Below, piece after piece: positions 25,629 through 27,942 of a stretch of DNA of 27,942 bases. This DNA is from a virus (Duplodnaviria > Caudoviricetes). The notes below the pieces were generated by a model. It had not been told where the DNA came from, searched no databases, and worked only from the letters and a program-made list of their open reading frames with translations. The position numbers and the translations under genes are program-made. The first letter of the stretch is position 1. Every line of letters begins with the position of its first letter. Where the stretch lies: IMG/VR virus record IMGVR_UViG_3300016667_000950, positions 1-27,942 of that record; one strand, given 5' to 3'.

Positions 25629-25934
25629 ATGAGGCCATCAAAAAGAGATAATAATGGTAAATTACTTGAATTCAACCTTCCAAAGAAAGGAGATAAAGTC
25701 ACGTTTGTCGAATATATTAAATGGCATTGGTTTACCAATGTAAAAGAAGATGAGAAGAAATTTCTTGAGATTGGCAAAGAGTATACTGTAAAAACTTGCC
25801 AGCCTGCTAGCAGTAGCATTTATTTAACTTTAGAAGAGATTGAAGTATATGATGAACAGAGGGGACTTCCATTCTTTGTTTTAAATCAATTTGATTGGGA
25901 AAACATGTATAAAGAAAATTATGAAAATGATTAA
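25629..25934 (+). CDS. Hypothetical protein
   Basis: KKGDKVTF, LEIGKEYTV; 101 aa. Confidence 0.7.
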   Translation: MRPSKRDNNGKLLEFNLPKKGDKVTFVEYIKWHWFTNVKEDEKKFLEIGKEYTVKTCQPASSSIYLTLEEIEVYDEQRGLPFFVLNQFDWENMYKENYEND

Positions 25935-26217
25935 AAAAGCAACTAATTATATTGGTCATCTTCTTATTTGTATTTCAGCGTTAGGCATTTATAGTGGATA
26001 CAAATATTGGAAACTCTGGAAATTGGTGATGGAGGATCATACCACCACATTAGTGATTATCGACCATTGGAGAAGAGAAGCAGAAGAAGCAAAAGAAAAT
26101 GGTAATGATAATTACGCTAAGACTTTAGAGTCACTGGCTCAAAAGTATGAAAATCATTATAATGACTGGCTAAAAGATCAGTCAACTGATTTTAATGTTT
26201 GTGATATTATCAATTAA
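25921..26217 (+). CDS. Single-TM hypothetical protein
   Basis: N-terminal TM helix followed by a helical domain. Confidence 0.65.
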   Translation: MKMIKKATNYIGHLLICISALGIYSGYKYWKLWKLVMEDHTTTLVIIDHWRREAEEAKENGNDNYAKTLESLAQKYENHYNDWLKDQSTDFNVCDIIN

Positions 26218-26280
26218 TATATAAGCGCATATGATGATTTGAAAGATTTATATGATGTTAAATACAGTAAATTATATAAA

Positions 26281-26838
26281 ATGAATATTATCGCAATTGC
26301 CGGTAACGCTAGATCAGGTAAGAATAAGCTTGCTTCTTTTATGAAGCAAATTTTAGAAGAAGAAGGAGAGGAAGTAGAACTTGTTTCATTTGCACACGAG
26401 CTTAAGAGTGAAGTAAATGAACTGTTACAAAACGCATTAGGTATATCAGCTTTTACAGAAGATGACAAAAGCAAAAGCATTATTAGACCATTTCTAACAT
26501 TTTGGGGAACGACGTTTAGACGTGCGCTTGATCCGAGCGTTTGGATTAATAAGATCGAGAGCAAGCTAATCGAAAATAAGACGTATATTATTACTGATAT
26601 GCGATACGAAAATGAGCTTGATTGGGTACACAAGCAAGGTGGTACAACAATCTTCTTAGAGAGAGTATCGCTACATGGTAGTATTGTACCTGCTGCAAAC
26701 TCGATTGAAATGTTTAACAATGCTGCATTTAAATTTAAATCACATCATCAGCTAACCTGGTACACAGAGGCAGATGATATACTTCTTAAAAAGGTAAGAG
26801 AACTAGTTAACAATATTTACAGTATACATCAAGTATGA
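26281..26838 (+). CDS. Deoxynucleoside monophosphate kinase (T4 gp1-like)
   Basis: IAIAGNARSGKNKLA P-loop, SFA.ELK, RPFL..WGT, ITDMRYENE; start moved to ATG 26281. Confidence 0.85.
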   Translation: MNIIAIAGNARSGKNKLASFMKQILEEEGEEVELVSFAHELKSEVNELLQNALGISAFTEDDKSKSIIRPFLTFWGTTFRRALDPSVWINKIESKLIENKTYIITDMRYENELDWVHKQGGTTIFLERVSLHGSIVPAANSIEMFNNAAFKFKSHHQLTWYTEADDILLKKVRELVNNIYSIHQV

Positions 26839-27104
26839 AAGACATAATTGGAACTGTTGGAGGAATTTTATTTCCTATCTGCTTTTTTATTTGCTATGTA
26901 CCACAACTAATAAAGACGTTTAAGCATAAAGACGTTGAAGGTCTTTCCTTCAATATGTTCTTACTAACAGTTCTCGGTTATGCGTCATCTTTCTCCTATC
27001 AATTTAAAATTGGATTTAATCCAAGCATGACTATTAATGCAATCAGCGGTACAGCTTGCTGCATTACCATAATGATTCTTATCCGAAAATACAAAAGGAA
27101 CTAA
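26835..27104 (+). CDS. PQ-loop / SemiSWEET-like 3-TM transporter
   Basis: YVPQLIKTFKHKDVEGLS motif, three TM helices, conserved Asn in TM3. Confidence 0.8.
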   Translation: MKDIIGTVGGILFPICFFICYVPQLIKTFKHKDVEGLSFNMFLLTVLGYASSFSYQFKIGFNPSMTINAISGTACCITIMILIRKYKRN

Positions 27105-27117
27105 CATATAATAAGGT

Positions 27118-27309
27118 ATGAACGTTAATCAAATTATTCTCTATGTAATAGGAACAGCTATCATGAGCTACTGCTGGTGGCAAATCGGTCGTAATTCCGG
27201 TTACTGGGTTGGTCGTCAGGCCGCATTTGATGACGTATATCAATATTGTGAGATGCTAGTGCAACAAGATAAAGAAACTAAAGAACAATCCGAAACTAAC
27301 GAACAATAA
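27118..27309 (+). CDS. Single-TM hypothetical protein
   Basis: ATG 5 nt after GGAAC-N5-TATAAT. Confidence 0.7.
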   Translation: MNVNQIILYVIGTAIMSYCWWQIGRNSGYWVGRQAAFDDVYQYCEMLVQQDKETKEQSETNEQ

Positions 27310-27311
27310 CT

Positions 27312-27539
27312 ATGACTATTAAATTCCTATCAGAGCAAGCTTTTAATACCGGACACACTTATCTATTTGGTAACAATTATATCTTTGATACATACAAAGA
27401 TGAACGAGTACTGAAGTTCTTTTATCCATCTGCATTTAACAATTCTAAAGATATGCTAAAGGTTATTGGAGTTGTAGAGGGTATCGATTTTGTTGTAGGT
27501 ATCGAATCGCAAGAGCGAACGTCGGAAAAGGAACTGTGA
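27312..27539 (+). CDS. Hypothetical protein
   Basis: 75-aa ORF ending EKEL*, overlapping the next GGAAC motif. Confidence 0.7.
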   Translation: MTIKFLSEQAFNTGHTYLFGNNYIFDTYKDERVLKFFYPSAFNNSKDMLKVIGVVEGIDFVVGIESQERTSEKEL

Positions 27540-27551
27540 TAAAATCAATCG

Positions 27552-27942
27552 ATGGCAATTAACTTTAAGCGACTTGAAAACATCTCGAAAGCTCTCAAAC
27601 CCGTTCATCAGAACGGACGATCTTTTCACGTCAGCTTTGTCTACAACAAAAAGAAGCTTGTTTGTATCGCTAACAACGATTACAATAAGCAACACCCTTA
27701 TCATCGCTTTGGCAAATATAAGTCCAAATATGATGATCGGCAAAATGAATATGTGCCTGGAGTACATGCAGAGTGTAGCGCGCTAATTAAAATGGGACTT
27801 GAAGATTGTTCTCATTTAACGATGGTTAATATTCGCGTTGATAACAATAATAAGCCAGCTATTTCTAAACCATGTTCTAACTGCGAAGCTCTGTTGCGTC
27901 AAGTCGGTATTAAAAAAGTATGGTACTTTGATGGTGTGGAGT
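27552..27942 (+). CDS. Cytidine/dCMP deaminase-family Zn-dependent deaminase, 3'-truncated
   Basis: Hand translation MAINFKRLENISK...GVHAECSAL...SKPCSNCEALL..VGIKKVWY; HAE and PCxxC motifs; absent from the ORF track. Confidence 0.85.
   Translation, partial: MAINFKRLENISKALKPVHQNGRSFHVSFVYNKKKLVCIANNDYNKQHPYHRFGKYKSKYDDRQNEYVPGVHAECSALIKMGLEDCSHLTMVNIRVDNNNKPAISKPCSNCEALLRQVGIKKVWYFDGVE

Noticed and set aside
27456-27786. Track ORFs 27574..27786 (+) and 27456..27767 (-)
   Set aside because: They overlap the deaminase frame from 27552, which has HAE and PCxxC motifs.

Overview
An AT-rich segment of a large tailed dsDNA phage genome with T4-like/jumbo organisation. Most genes are small, densely packed early-type ORFs on the + strand. 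Two long virion-type genes lie on the - strand behind TAAATA late-promoter motifs. Recognisable functions: a PD-(D/E)XK nuclease, a three-gene dTDP-L-rhamnose pathway (NRS/ER-like epimerase-reductase, RmlA, RmlB), thioredoxin, four tRNAs (Tyr, Gly, Asn, Thr; several non-canonical), a minimal TilS, a metallophosphoesterase plus a cyclic-phosphate-processing receiver domain, an RlpA / PEP-CTERM / secreted-protein cluster, ThyX, a RadA/Sms-like ATPase, two HREDGPA-repeat proteins, a dNMP kinase, a SemiSWEET-like PQ-loop protein and a truncated Zn-dependent deaminase. The most striking non-coding signal is about 18 copies of a fixed-spacing motif GGAAC-N5-TATAAT(-like), often 5-8 nt before an ATG. 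It looks like a phage-specific promoter class producing leaderless mRNAs and also marks gene-cassette boundaries. All calls come from reading motifs by eye; no database searches were run.
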